Shown: piece after piece, positions 36,008 to 49,400 of the stretch
How the letters are laid out: each line of letters begins with the position of its first letter
How positions within the stretch are numbered: the stretch's first letter is position 1
Assembly (NCBI GenBank): GCA_002189035.1
Contig: NEEC01000009.1
Location: 1,488,001 to 1,552,000, forward strand
Length of the DNA: 64,000 bases
Source: Utricularia gibba
Taxonomy: Eukaryota > Plantae > Magnoliophyta
Direction: 5' to 3'
Notes under the pieces: generated by a model
Seen by the model: the letters and a program-made list of their open reading frames with translations, nothing else
The model's database searches: none
Told to the model about the DNA's origin: nothing
Made by a program: the position numbers and the translations under genes

Positions 36008-37316
36008 CTTTTCCAAAACATCGAAACAAAAACAAGCAAAATAAGATAAATCACTCCTCAAAATCAATCTTTCCTTCATGGGATGGACCAATCACCCTAT
36101 CAAACATGGCGTTTACCATCAAAGCACAAAACCCACATACACAAACACGAACCACGATCACCATCATTTCATCGAACACACAACAACACAAGAAAATGCC
36201 CACCTTGTGCTGACCCACGAAAAATCCTGTGATCTCTCCCTCCCTCAGACAAAGAAATTGGAGGAGGAGATTCTACAAAAGGATTTGCCAGCCAGACGCC
36301 ACGGCGGCGGCAGTGGTGCAGATGGCGGGAGCGGAGCACGCCTAGTTGGCCATATATATCGGTGATAAAGAAACAAAGTCTTCTTATTGAAAAAGAAGGA
36401 CCACAAAGTGGAATCCTTTTTACGACCAAGTTGTTGAGGGTAAAACAACGTTCATCCTCCATCATCATCCAAAACTCCTTGCTACTACCGCCCCTTGCTT
36501 CTACAAAAAAAAAAACAAAAAAGAAAAGGTTAACGGCTACATCAAGCAACGCCCGTTTCTCACCAACCAAGATTTCATCACCTCATCAACTCAAACAGCG
36601 GGTGTTGTAGTGATTCACACGTTACAATGACTTCCAAAAAACAAAAAAAGACAAGTTATCATTGCATTTAATGTTGCCTTCATCATGTCTTCTGATGTAT
36701 GCCATAGAAATCTCGTCGTGAAACTCATCACCTCACATTGGCAAACACGAAACAGAAAGTGCTTTCTGCTTAGAGAGATTTCCAAAAGTGATTTTCTTCT
36801 CATAATTATCCGATTCATCAGAATTGACTTATAAGGATGAAATGTTGGTCGCTGTACTGGGTAGAGTGACTGGACGAGCCCGGCTTTCAACTTGGGCGGT
36901 CGGACCATTACTGTAGGAAGAGACTAGATCAGACCGCCCATGTTCTCGTCTCTTCCCCTTTCACTAGAACAAGGATGGCATCAAACATGTTTACATTCAT
37001 ACGCAAACAGACAGTGACCGAGATCTAAACCAGACTGCATAAGCAGACTGTTTATATATGAATGTTTGCATGCTCGAGTAGTTCTGCCGATGATTGGTTC
37101 AGAAAAAAAAGAATGATTAGCAGCTGATCACGAATCAGTAACCAGGAACTTGCATCTACATTCTGCACAACACCACGGTACGTACTCAAGATAGAGGATA
37201 CATGTGATCATATTGCTAACGAAGATGCTACACTGAGGGAACCAGAGAATCCTCCCTGCCAGTGCAACGGAGGATAAAGCAGGTGACAAGAGAATATAGT
37301 GTCAAGACTGGGGGGT

Positions 37317-40300
37317 TTACGGTCTCCTCTGTAGCTGAGAGATGTATGCCTTATCTGCACTCGCAAGGCGATCCTGGAAAAGGCCCCACTCGTGTTTGCA
37401 CCTGTCTCGTACCTGCACGGATGTGGAATACAATCAGCCAAATTGACGTGTGTATGGTGCATTGGATGAGAAGAAGCATCGAGTATTCACATACCCCTTG
37501 CCATGGGGGCCGTCCATTCTCAGTCTCACCCTGAAAAATTATCAACGAGAGGTGCAAGGGAACATGAGCCTGATAGAAATGAGTATTAATAGAAAGCAAG
37601 TCGATGATGCTGGCCGGACCTGGTTTCCCAAAGATGGAATTACTTGGTGAATGATCCACTGGGAATCCACTACGCCTATCTTTTCATGAGCAGGCTGCAG
37701 ATGAGTTATTTTTAATCGGCATAATGCTTGAATTCTTTTACCTAAAGTTAAGAGAGGGAAGCACGTGGAAAATGGTAAGTAGCCTGACCTCCACACATCT
37801 CCTCAATGCAAAATCCAATCCCCATCCGTGAACCAAGTCATTCTGTAGAATGAAATATGGCCAGAGTCATGTCCACAATCACGGGAAAAGATAAAGTCAA
37901 AAGAATAAAATGATGAGAAGTCATCATTTAATCGACAAGAACCACAATGGGAAATGTGAGAAGACGATCAACATGAACAACCTACCTGAATCATATGCCA
38001 CACACATCTCCAAGCATCCCGAGAAAACACGGGAGCCATAATTTCAACGAATCTGAACAGAAAAGGAAATACAAATCACAAAATTGCTGGTGAAAGAAAA
38101 GATGTGAAGCATTCAGCACGCAATCATAGGGATCGGTGCACCATAAGATTTCTCTGCTGAAGCTGTTGCATTGCTAACAAGAAATAAGGTGATTCTTTTT
38201 TTACTGCTCTACTCTTGTGCTTTTTACTTATGGAGACTAGAATTTTCCCGCACAAATGAGTAATGATACTCAACTAGGAGTAACCACATCTAGTGATCAC
38301 AAACTAACACTAACCCACAAAGATCAATTAATTCCAGTCAACTGCAATGGGAACATGAATACACATCTTTGAGAAAATGCCTAGAATAAAAGTAAGTGTA
38401 ACATGGGAGAGAGCAATACGCTGCACACGGTGGCAAATGTGGATCACTGCACCAGCCTGGTTTCTCCTCCGTTTCCCTGAGATAGATCAATTATGTAACT
38501 TACTCACAGGGAGGGAAGACGAAGACAATCCAAAATTAAATTACACAGCTTACTTGTGAACTTCCTTGTCCCCAAGCCTCTTTGTCATTTGCCATGTCAG
38601 CCCATTGTTCGGTTCGAGCCCTGGTTGAGATATCTCCAAACCATGTTTCCTTACTAATTCAATGTACCTAGCATCAAAAAGTGCAACACTCAGTTCAACA
38701 ACAACGTGATCAATCTTGAAAACATCGGATAGGGTAAAAGATGATAAGTACTTCTCAGCATTGAAATGCTCCACTCCAAGATCTTCATCCCAAATAAAAA
38801 TGTAATCATAAGCCGCTACAATATCTGGATGAAGAAATCGCTTTGCATACCACCTATAGGAAAAAAATGGATTAACCTTCAACTATATATGACAATTAAA
38901 AGGAGATGCAAGTGTTGTCAGTGTGGTCATAGGTCATTCAAAACCACCAAAACCTTTACCACTTTGTTTGCTTTCTAGCACTGACATGAACGGCATGTTG
39001 TGACCACTCAAATTCATCCCATTCACTCGTTTTCCCATCATAATGGAATAGTAGTATCTGAAAATCCTTTGAAAACTGGAACATAATGAAATCTCAGTAT
39101 TTGTAAAGGGTTAAAAGTAACAATAAACCAACTCCTGAAAATTTTCAAAAAATATGCATTACCTTCTTTACAGCCTCATTAATATTCCTCTTTTGTTCTA
39201 CACCCACGGTAAACGTCACTAGGTACTTAGGCTTATTCTTCAGATCCTGAACGTTCCAAAATATATTATCATCCAAAGTGAGCTTTTTTAATTAGAAAGA
39301 ACAACCATAAGGGGAGGAGCTTTAAAAGATATGTGAAACTAAAAGCACTGCTCCTATAACCCATGTTCTGCACTTCTTACCTGACTTGGCTCACCCCATA
39401 ACCTTCTTAAATAAAAATCGGATTCTGAGACAACAATTCCTGGAGGTAAAGACTCTGCACCACGTGGATTGGTAGGAACGAAAATCTGAAAAGACATCAT
39501 GTGTGAAGATCAAAAGCAAGGCTCGAACATTAGGATTGACGAAAAATCATCAGGTTGAGAGGTGCCACGCATTGGGAATCCGAAAATATAATCAAATTTC
39601 ATCCCATACCCCAATTTCTGCATAAAATATGGCAACTGACACTACGACACTGACATGGAAAACAGAACCAGAACAACAAAATGCCTTATACCATCAAAGA
39701 AACTGGGAAGAAACAAACAATTAATTAATTTATACATACTCAAAACAAATACGATACTAAGAACAAACTTGAGGACCAAAAAGGACAAAAGGAATAATCC
39801 ATCTTTGGCTAAACTTATTCAAGAACTACCATACCTGCACAAAACAAGGTGTTAAACACCTGCAAAACGTTACTCAAAAACTAGAGAGGGTCAAAGCACT
39901 GAAAGAGGCATGGTAATAAAAAAGCAATGAATAAGGCCACTGCAAGAGGTATAAGACAACATAGATTACCTTCGGTGTTGCAGGAGTGCTACCCGACCCA
40001 AGATTTTCAGGAAAACTGCGTCTAACATTGCGAGTCTCATCAGTGAAGGCCATGTCCAAAGATGACATTAGCCTTGAGGGTAGAGTAATCTGCACAATAA
40101 TAAAGAAATATAAATAAGAATGAACACATTGGAGGGAATCATACAAAATTTGCAACGCACATATGATATTGTCGCTTACCTTACTTAAAGTAACAGAAGG
40201 AAACGAGACCCCAACAAAGTACCCAAACACCATTCCCATAATAGTCGTAATCATGAGACGCACACCATCGTTTGACTTCTTAAATACCCCACTGCAGCAC

Positions 40301-40380
40301 ATAAAACGTTAATCCACGGTAAGGTGGCAAAATGGATTCCAGAATGTAAGCTGAACAAACCTGCGATGGGTGGTTCCCAT
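37317..40380 (-). CDS. DUF707 family protein (type II membrane, putative glycosyltransferase-like)
   Basis: Exons give NPRGAESLPPGIV, LFHYDG...W, KRFLHPDIVAAYDYIFIWDEDLG, GLEISQPGL, WCSDPHLPPCAAFVEIMAPVFSRDAWRCVWHMIQ, and end DKAYISQLQRRP*. Confidence 0.9.
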
Positions 40381-41421
40381 TTTCATGAGGAAAACTGCTC
40401 AACTAAACCAAATTTGTGAGGCTCTGCCAAAGAATATATTGCATCTCTCACCTTCGCGCGCTTGTATCGATACTAAAACCTACGGAATCAAGTCTAGAGA
40501 CAATAAAATTTTAATAGGTTGTCCTGTTGGTGAGTTAAATCCAGCATCCGCATTCATTATTGTCGGTGGAAACCAACCATCGTGAAAAAAACAAGAGATT
40601 CAAATCCAAAAACAGCAGAAACAAAACTACACCGTAACCTAGTGGGAGTGAAATGACGAAAGACAGAAGAACCTCACCTTTGGATCTGCAACCCAGTACA
40701 GCCCAAATGATCTTAAGGTAAGGCGCAAGATGATCTGGGCCGACTTGGAACTCTGCAAAATAGTACTCCCTCAACAACACCCATCCAAATAGACAAATCA
40801 CAAGCAAAGAAACACAACTCGATTACAAATCACACAAAAACCCACGTTCCCATACCGCTTCTTGACCTTCTCAAAATACCATTGCAGTCATTCCCAGAGA
40901 AGCGCGTATGGATTCCCAAGAAATTCACCGCGTCGAAAGATGTAGAAGATCGTAAAACTCCCTGAAAATGATTAGCTGGGTAGGTTCCCCTGAAAAGAAA
41001 AAGAAAAAGAAAATTCCTTGTAGATATGACCGCATTATTTCTAGGGTTAAGGCCCGCTATCCTACATTTACCATTCAACCCTCAGTTTTATTACCAATTA
41101 AAATTGAAAAATAATAAACAACTCGTTTAAAATACATTTTTAATCTCAAATACATTTTATTACCATTTTTTACCTTCAGCTGACACGACGTTGAACTCCG
41201 GAGAAAACAAACCCCAAGGCGCATTTATGATTCATTTATTTGGTAGGTTTAGAATTTATATGATGGTGTATTACCCCCAACTATTTGAACATCGCACGTG
41301 TTTCATGCATAGAAATTAATATACAATAATTTAAATAAGGATTAAATTCATTAATAATATTAATTTCAATTCTACAAAAAATAATAAATAAATTAAAGTA
41401 TCGGAATCCCAAAAAGAATCC

Positions 41422-42668
41422 TCAGGAATGTAATTGGATTCGGCGGTCATGAAGTGGCTGGGTGGGTCTCGCGTTGGTCCCAGATTCCTAGATTAATAAA
41501 AAAACATTCAATAAATACAATTAATCGAATGTAATCAAAAACCCAAAAAGGTAATTAAAAAGGAGCTTACGTCATGGACTGCGTCACGAATCAAGCGAAC
41601 TTGTTCTCTTGTGACTGAACGTACCTGTGTTAAGAAATTAGAGTATTACTGTAAATTCTAATAATGATGACGTGGATAATGTGGAATGATGGGGCCCACC
41701 CTTCTCGAGATTGTCCAGAGGATATTCTGCGTGCATGGCGGGATGGTGAGGGATCCCAGGTATCGATAGTATCCTCGGCTTTCGAAGCGTATGGAATTAG
41801 GGTTTATTGTTTCTACGCCCCTTTCTGAGTTCATGGTGTCTCTCATCTCCTCCAAATCGCGCCTCATCTGAAGAGGATGGAATCCCTGAATGAGGTCATG
41901 AAGGAAGATTTTGCAGGGGAAAGTAGTGTTCTTGTTCTAGGAGTACCGTCCATAAGAATGGGTCGGGTTGTTCTCCGATGGCGTACAGGATTCCGATCAC
42001 GGCGGTGCGGTTGTTGTCGTCTTGATGCACCAAGTGGGCTTCCATATCGAACCTGGAAACCCAAGGTGTAAGTCTCATGAAAGTGTACACCGGTGCGTTT
42101 TGCTTTCATTTTTAGTTTTCAAGGGCGGATTTGTGTGTTTACCTACGGCCATTGATGGTGTGCTCGGAAGGGGAGTGCCAGTGGCACTGTTGCAGATGGA
42201 ACTCAGTCCCGTTGATATGAATATGCCCCGCGTCGCCAATCCATCGCACCTGGTTCGCATGCTCTGTTCATTTAGATAAGTTGCATGAGAAGAAAAGAAA
42301 AGTGGAAGATGAGTTACCATCATATCATGCCCTCTGTTGATGAAGGTAGCATTGCAGGCTCGATAGTCCCTGTTGATCCAAATAGGGACGGTTGTGTTAT
42401 CCACCCTCGGATCAATCAGATCGATCGGAGACTGCATCCGGCCGGAGTCACACGCCTTCCAATCCGGTTGAATCCTCCCCCAGTTCAACGGCCCATTTTC
42501 GCTTCTCATATCGTAGCTAAACCCCCTCTCGTCGTCTGTGGGATTTAAATTGGTTCACACTATACAATACTTGATTACCAAACAGGGAAAAAGCTTACCA
42601 ACTTCCTGAGCCATGGCGCAGCAGACGGAAACCAAGAAAACAAAGGCGAAAGTGCTCGACCTCATCAT
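41422..42668 (-). CDS. Alpha-carbonic anhydrase, secreted (ACA2/ACA7-like)
   Basis: Signal peptide...AQEV; QSPIDL; Zn ligands in [11 protein letters not shown] and EAHLVH; [12 protein letters not shown]; TNARPTQPL. Confidence 0.9.
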
Positions 42669-43208
42669 GCAGAAAAGGCGTTTCTGTTCTTCCCTTGGAA
42701 CAACCGAACTCACCTGAACTGCGACGATGATTATGCGGCGATGCTGCCTTCACAGAGACGCCTTCGTTTATATAGAGAAACTCGTACGTACGGGCATACT
42801 TTTCAGGGAATGATGGAAGGGTCTGGATCACCGGAATCGCCTTTCCTGATGCTGATGGGCGCTGCCTGGGCTTGACCCTTCCTGCTGCTTTCAAAATGAT
42901 CGTTCACACTGAGCCATCAAAATTGGGATGCGGATGCAACTCGTCTCGTTTATATTATGAAAACAAAAGAATGAAAAAAACTAAGGAAACTATTCATTTG
43001 TTTTAAAATAATATATTTTGAATTAAGTCAAATTGATGTGGGAAATGACTTTTTTGACCAGTGAAATAAAGAAACGTGGTAAATGGTGGGGACAACAGCT
43101 AATATTCAAATGTCAAAAAAGATTTTGAATCGTTTTGATGTCCCTGATGTCACGGCTAGCGTCATAGTGGGTCCTGCTCCAACTATTTCATGATATTCTT
43201 GTTTTTTT

Positions 43209-45778
43209 TTACACAAGCACTAAATACTGAAAATCGAAATTATAAGGTATCTTCTGTATGCGCCGGCGGTGGTGTCCGTCCAAGCATTTAACCATGGATC
43301 TCCGGAGAGATCCGGATGCCGGCAGCTGTTGCACCACCCAGTTAACCAAAGACTCCTCGTTGCCGGAGAAATCGGGCATGTTCCGCCACAGGAGCTCGGG
43401 TAGGCCGATTCGCTTTTCCTCGGTTACAATTACGGCCGCTTGCAGGTAGTCGAGCTTTGATCTCTCCAGCTCTGCTGCGATACCTTCGGCTGTGTATACC
43501 CGAACTGCCGGAGATGAATGTGTACCGCAGCACAAGGCGAATTTGACGTTCGGTTCCAGTTTTTCAATTGCATGAAATCCGTGAACGTTTTTCTCTTGGT
43601 TCTTATTTCATAAAACCGACAGGGTAGTGATCAGTCAAAATGCTGTTGTTTATTCTTACCAGGAAGTGGGTTTTTTAACATTTGGACTCACCTTATCTTG
43701 ATGATTCTTTAAGATGATATGCTCGATTTCGGCAGCGTTAATGGTTTTTCCGCCTATGTTTATGGTTGCCTGAAATCGGTAGAAAAGGAGGAATGAAGAG
43801 TTGAAGTTGGATTCGTAGAAGTGAATAATAAGTATACTGTTGGAATTCTGCCTTCTGCATTGTAGCTTGCAGATCCTCCTGGCTGAAACCTGAGGGAGCT
43901 CCGTGTTGAAGGTATTCCTTCATGAAAAACAAATTCGTTTGGTGACAGATGAGTACAGCTAATCCTTTTATCATGGGGCAATTTAAAATGCCTCAGCAGA
44001 ATGAAAGAAATGCTGTACTTAGAAGGGCAAACTTGGCTTACATTCATGAGGCAAGCGTTGTAAATGTTGATCCAGAAGGCTAACTTCTTTTGATGATTCA
44101 ACGATCTTAAATCCAATTTCTGAAGCGCATCCATCGACATTCTGAAAATATAAGGTTCAAGAAGGATGACTTTCTGTAACTATAAAATGATGAAAGCTGC
44201 GGTGCACTGTCTACTTCGTTGGTACTCACCTTAATTTTTGTAGTAACAGTATTGAGCCGGAGTCCCCTATCCATTTCATGTCCAATGAGCTGGCTGTGTG
44301 TATCACCAAGTTTTTGTAAGGGCCAATATCCCTCAGTATTGATCTTTTCGAGTTGAAGGTTCCATACGGATCCTGCTGACTGGAGCTAGTACTTGAGTTC
44401 AATGGTGTGTCAAACCTGACGCTGGATGAGAATTTGGTGCTTCTGGTAATCTGGTGAGGCTTTTCCAACTCCGCAATCTTTGATCTCCGCAGAAGTCTTA
44501 CATAGATTAAGATCAGGAACTTCATTATGCTCTCAGATAACATGTTCGGAGTATATCTGCCAATGTTTTTCTCTTGAAAATTTTCCCTGGGAACCTGCAC
44601 CTGGGGAGAGAGTTCCATCATTCGTTCTCTCTGCGAAAACAAAGACCATCACAGATAAAGTTGAATATTTACTGTGCTATCCATATTCCAAAAGCTAGAC
44701 TCCATACACTGGATGTTGAATTCCTCCTTCCCTGCAACTCTGATGGTTGAGTAGAATTTATACTACTACTCGATGCGTTCTCATGATGAACTCCCTGTCG
44801 ATGAAACAAGCCACTCTTGTAGCGCAGGTCAGTTGATTTCACCACTTTTTTATCCTTCATGAAGTCGTTGATCCTGTATTCACCCTTGATGGCTTTGTCA
44901 ATGAAATGCAAGGCCTTGGTGTCGAACATCACATTGTTTTGACGCTGTATGCTGGGTCTGGATTCTTGTTCTTGTTCCACATGGCGTTGCAGCTGCTTGA
45001 TATGAATCTCTAACCTCGATATCTCACTCTCCACCTCAGCTAACTCTTCCAGTATTTTTCTCACCTGCTAATCACGATGAATCAAATTCTCCTCAGCTTT
45101 TTTTTCCTTAAGTTAGTGAAACATACTTTAAAGGTACTTACGTTTGTTGGGAGAAAGCTTGGTATGACAAAAGCACTGAAGTGGTTGCCTTGAAGTCTAT
45201 GGAGGAAATCTTTCACATACGTTTGAACTCTCTTTTCATTCCCAGACGATTGTTGTAGCTCTAAAACCTTTTGGTTTTTTTTCGTCTGTTCATCATGAGT
45301 TAGAATACAGCATCCCACCTTCTTTGCCTTGTATGCTTAAAAAAAATAAAGGGAAACTTGCCTCTATCTCAAGATCCTCCTTTTCCTTATGAACACTTGC
45401 TATCATGTTCCTTTCCTGCAGCGTCGAATCTTCGGGATCAACATATGATGGTACCTGCGGCAGTATATCTTCATTGTGTTCAACGCCTAGTGACAATATC
45501 CTGAAGTTTTGACTTTTGAAACTACTGACCATGTCATGATTTGCAATTCCAGTAGGACCACCAACAGGAGGCCTGCGCCAGAAATTGAATCTCCTCCGCA
45601 GTTTCTGAGGGATGGTGAGGTAGCTCCTGCTGCTGGTGGATCTTTTGAAATTACCTTTGGAGACCGATGATGACTTGGCACTTTCCGTGTCATCTATAAA
45701 CATGAGAGTGTTGGTGGGAGAGGAATGATGAGGAGAGGACGAGATGTATCCATCAATCCGAATTGCCATCGTCTCCAT
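43209..45778 (-). CDS. DUF547 / Lzipper-MIP1 domain protein
   Basis: ILEELAEVESEISRLE zipper; TKALHFIDKAIKG; PNMLSESIMKFL; KKLAFWINIYNA; FALCCGTHSSPAVRVYTA; ends IPYNFDFQYLVLV*. The model needs two GC-AG introns; start codon uncertain. Confidence 0.82.
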
Positions 45779-46435
45779 GTCATCTGGTGGGTTGTTCTCT
45801 TCGCTTGCACTTGCAGCCTAGTATTAGGTGATGGATGTTGTTGCTCCTTGCGTTTGGTGACTTAAATAAGTTTTCTCATGTCTCATGGTTTACGATAACT
45901 TATTCAGGAAACAAGAAATCTGATTGGCGGCGGTGGTCAAAAGGAAAACTGGGAAAATAATATTGCTGATTCCGGATTTGGGTAATTAAAAAGTGATTAT
46001 ATTTAGTTGAATATTTTCCATGGTCTAACCTTCCATTACTCTGATACAACAATATGCTTTTGGCCCCTTTTTTTTTGCATCAAATTATATTTAATTGAAT
46101 TTTTTTAAAAGAAAGGCATTGAAGTTTAACAAACATACAAGAAAATAATGAAATTCGGACTCTGTGCAGTGCCTAGCCATCGGGTACTTCTAGAAATTTC
46201 TGGTAAGCACATCCTGGGAAATGTCTGAACTTTTTTTTCGCTGCCCACACAGTGTGTGCGAGCGTGACATGCTGTGCTACAGAAACACGTCGTCTGCGGA
46301 TGATTGGTTCGCCTATTGTTGTTGTTAAGTGGGTTGCCTCAGAAACTTCATACAGACAAAAGAGAGGCTATGTGCAATCGCTACTCAGTTCTAGAAGGAA
46401 AAAACTGCCTGGTTGGTTAAACTCTTTCTTCCTAT

Positions 46436-49400
46436 TCACTTCTTTTGGAATGTGACGAGACAGAAGAAGGCAACCGCTCGGCTAGCTACTCCCATAGCAA
46501 CAAGGTACGCCATGCATGGGTAATAGTGTGTTAGGTTGTAGCTTCTTTGTTTTAGCGCGCCACATCTCTGTATTAGCCACACACCTGAGTACCTGAGGGG
46601 AAAAAAATCGGATGCATCTTGAGGCAATACTTAGGTAGCTCAGAGGTCCAAACCTTAGGGATTGGTGTAACTGTCTATTTAAAGCATAGTGAAAGCAACG
46701 TTCTAACCTTTCTGCATTGGACAGTAGGAATGCTTCTAAAGCCCATTTTGTGTAGCAGAAGTCACCTAATTTGGTTATGAATGAATCCCCTTCTTGGTTG
46801 GCGATGAGAGTCAACACGACTGGTAGTAGTACTGACCACTGCAGGCAGAAACCAGAAGCATGTAAGCTTGCCTTTTTGTATAATTGGAGTTGTAAGGAGA
46901 TGGCTAAACAGAGCTACTGCATACCAGCTGTGCAGGCCCTGGCTCGAAGTAGATTGCAAGGACGTAAGCAATGCCGGTGACGCAGTACACAAGGCACAGG
47001 AGGACCAGGTAATTGTCGAAAATGGTGGAGCGGGGATTGTTGAAGAAGTAGAACATGGATAGATATACTGCTGGTTTTATGATGGTGTTGAAATGATCAA
47101 TAGTGTCTTTTGATAGGAAGTACGCCAAGCTGCTCATCCCGGACGCACTTTCTCTCCAGTAGTGCAACTTATCCAAGGAAAATGACCTTAAAGCAGATAT
47201 CTTGCAGAGCAGAGCTGTTTGTGATGTATAGACAACAAAAAGGGAACTTTGATTAGCACCAGACAGTACTACGGAATTGAAAGTGAATGTAGAAGTGCTA
47301 GATTGTAAGAGTCAAGACTTCTTCTACTTACAAACTGCGATCACAGTGTACATGTATCCTGTTGATCCAAAGGTTTCGTCGCTCACTTTTGCAAGCGTGC
47401 CAAGACAGATTCCAGCCAGTAGTAAGATCAAATAATCCATCGCTTGTACCCTTGCTTCTCGTAGTCTTTGCTTGCCCACCCTGCAGAAGAATGAGGAAAA
47501 GATGAGAATGATGAAAACATGAACAGGGAAACATATTTACCCACAACTGGTACAATTTATGTTCAGTGTCTTAAATTCCTGCGCAGGTTCCCACTTCTGT
47601 GAGATGACCGTACAGTTTCAAATGTCTTTACTTGGGTGAAATGGCTTGGAAGAGCAATGCATACCATAGAGAGTATGATGTTCTTCTACTTACTAAGTCA
47701 CATATCATGCTCAGGGACCTCTCAGAGACGCCTACCTTCCAACAAAATACTTGTATTGATGTGAGATTCCGGCGGTCTCTCGATTAGACAAGTCCGTTGA
47801 TTTGTGGAAGTTAAGCCGTAGGAGGTCTTTCTTTTGCCCAACATTAAACTTGACATCTCGCCAGAGATCACCAGCAAAAGATTTGCTAGTTTCTGAGGCA
47901 GCACCTGGGATGCCTCCAAGGGTTGAATCACCAGTGGAAGAAGATGCCACACCAGCAGAATCTAGCATGTCTGGTGGGACGGCATAGCCGTTATGAAGCA
48001 TCCATCGGAGAGGAAGCTCCTGGTATTTCACAGCAGAGGTTGAAGTAGGTTTCATAATTCCTTCCAAAATGTCAATGAAGTAATCTGGTGGATTAACCCT
48101 CTCAGGGACTGTGATCCCAAGGCCTGCAAAGTACTCCTCAACTTTCTTAACTGGTCCATGGTATACTGTCAAGCCACCTTTAGCCAGAAGTATCAAGTCA
48201 TCAAACATCTTGAACAAGGTGTAGCTACACACAAATCATGAACATCAGCGTGATGCAGCAAACATCATATTTTGGATGAAGATTCATATTTTATTGCAAG
48301 GTAATAGATACCTTGGCTGGTGGACAACCATGCATATGTTTACCCCTTCCAGAGCTTCACGACGAAGTGCTCTGAGTAGCAGAAGAGAAGAAGAACTGTC
48401 TAAGCCAGATGTGGGCTCGTCTAAGATCAACAGTGATGGCTCCATCACCATTTCTAGACCAACATTTACTCTCTTTCTCTGGCCTCCAGAGATTCCTCTC
48501 TTTTCAACTGTTCCTACCAGAGAGTCTCTTACATTCTGCAACCCCAATGCTTCGATTACTCGTTCCACCACCAACACTTTCTCTGGTTTGTCGAGCTCCG
48601 CTGAAAGTCTTGAAACATATAAAACAGTTTCAATGATGCAGATAAACCCTACAACTGAAACAACAAACCTCGTACCTGCATCTTGCACTGAACCACAGAT
48701 TCTCCTCAACTGTCAAGTTCCCATGCACTATGTCATCTTGAGGAACATAGCCGATGATCTTTTTATAGGATTGCATTGGCTCATCTTTCCCATTGATGAG
48801 GATTCTTCCAGTGATGTAGCATCCAGTTGCTTTTCCTAACAATGCAGAGAGAAAAGTCGTCTTTCCAGCTCCTGAGGGGCCCATTACAGCAGAAACATGG
48901 CCAGGTACCAATTTTCCGGTTACACATCTTAAAAGATGCTTGTTTTTACCCCTCAAAGTAAGAGTCAAGTCCTGGAAGAAAACTTCTATGGGCGGCCGGC
49001 TACAAATCTCCATGTCTGAAGCCATTGATATCACACCAGAGAAGGTCAAATTCTTGTGCTGTTCCTGAAGAGCCTTTTCCTTCTCAATTTGACCATATGC
49101 ATACTTGAAGATTTGGCTGCGTGTGTGAAGTTGTTTCCCCTTTGGGGCATTCTTCCTGAGATTCTTATCCCCTATCTCCAAATTGAACCCGTCTTCATTC
49201 TCTGGATTCTCCTCAAGATCACGCATCATTTTGGTTAAGTTGCTTTCCCTTTTTTTCTTCCCTTTAGGATCAGGCACTGGTGGTAATGCAGCATCTGATC
49301 CAGGCTTAGCTTGTCCAGTGTTCTTTGCTGTATCGTGTTTTAACGATTTTTTCCGGGAGAAAGTCCTTGAAAGCTGTGACTGAAGGCCACTTGCACCTTT

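Noticed and set aside
41750-41770. Inactive carbonic anhydrase suggested by GSLTIPPC
   Set aside because: All three Zn-ligand His and the gatekeeper Thr of GSLT are retained; only the following, more variable position differs.
43585-43605. Suspected frameshift in the last DUF547 exon
   Set aside because: Recounting the T run (5 nt, 43588-43592) gives NQEKNVHGF in frame with the downstream domain.
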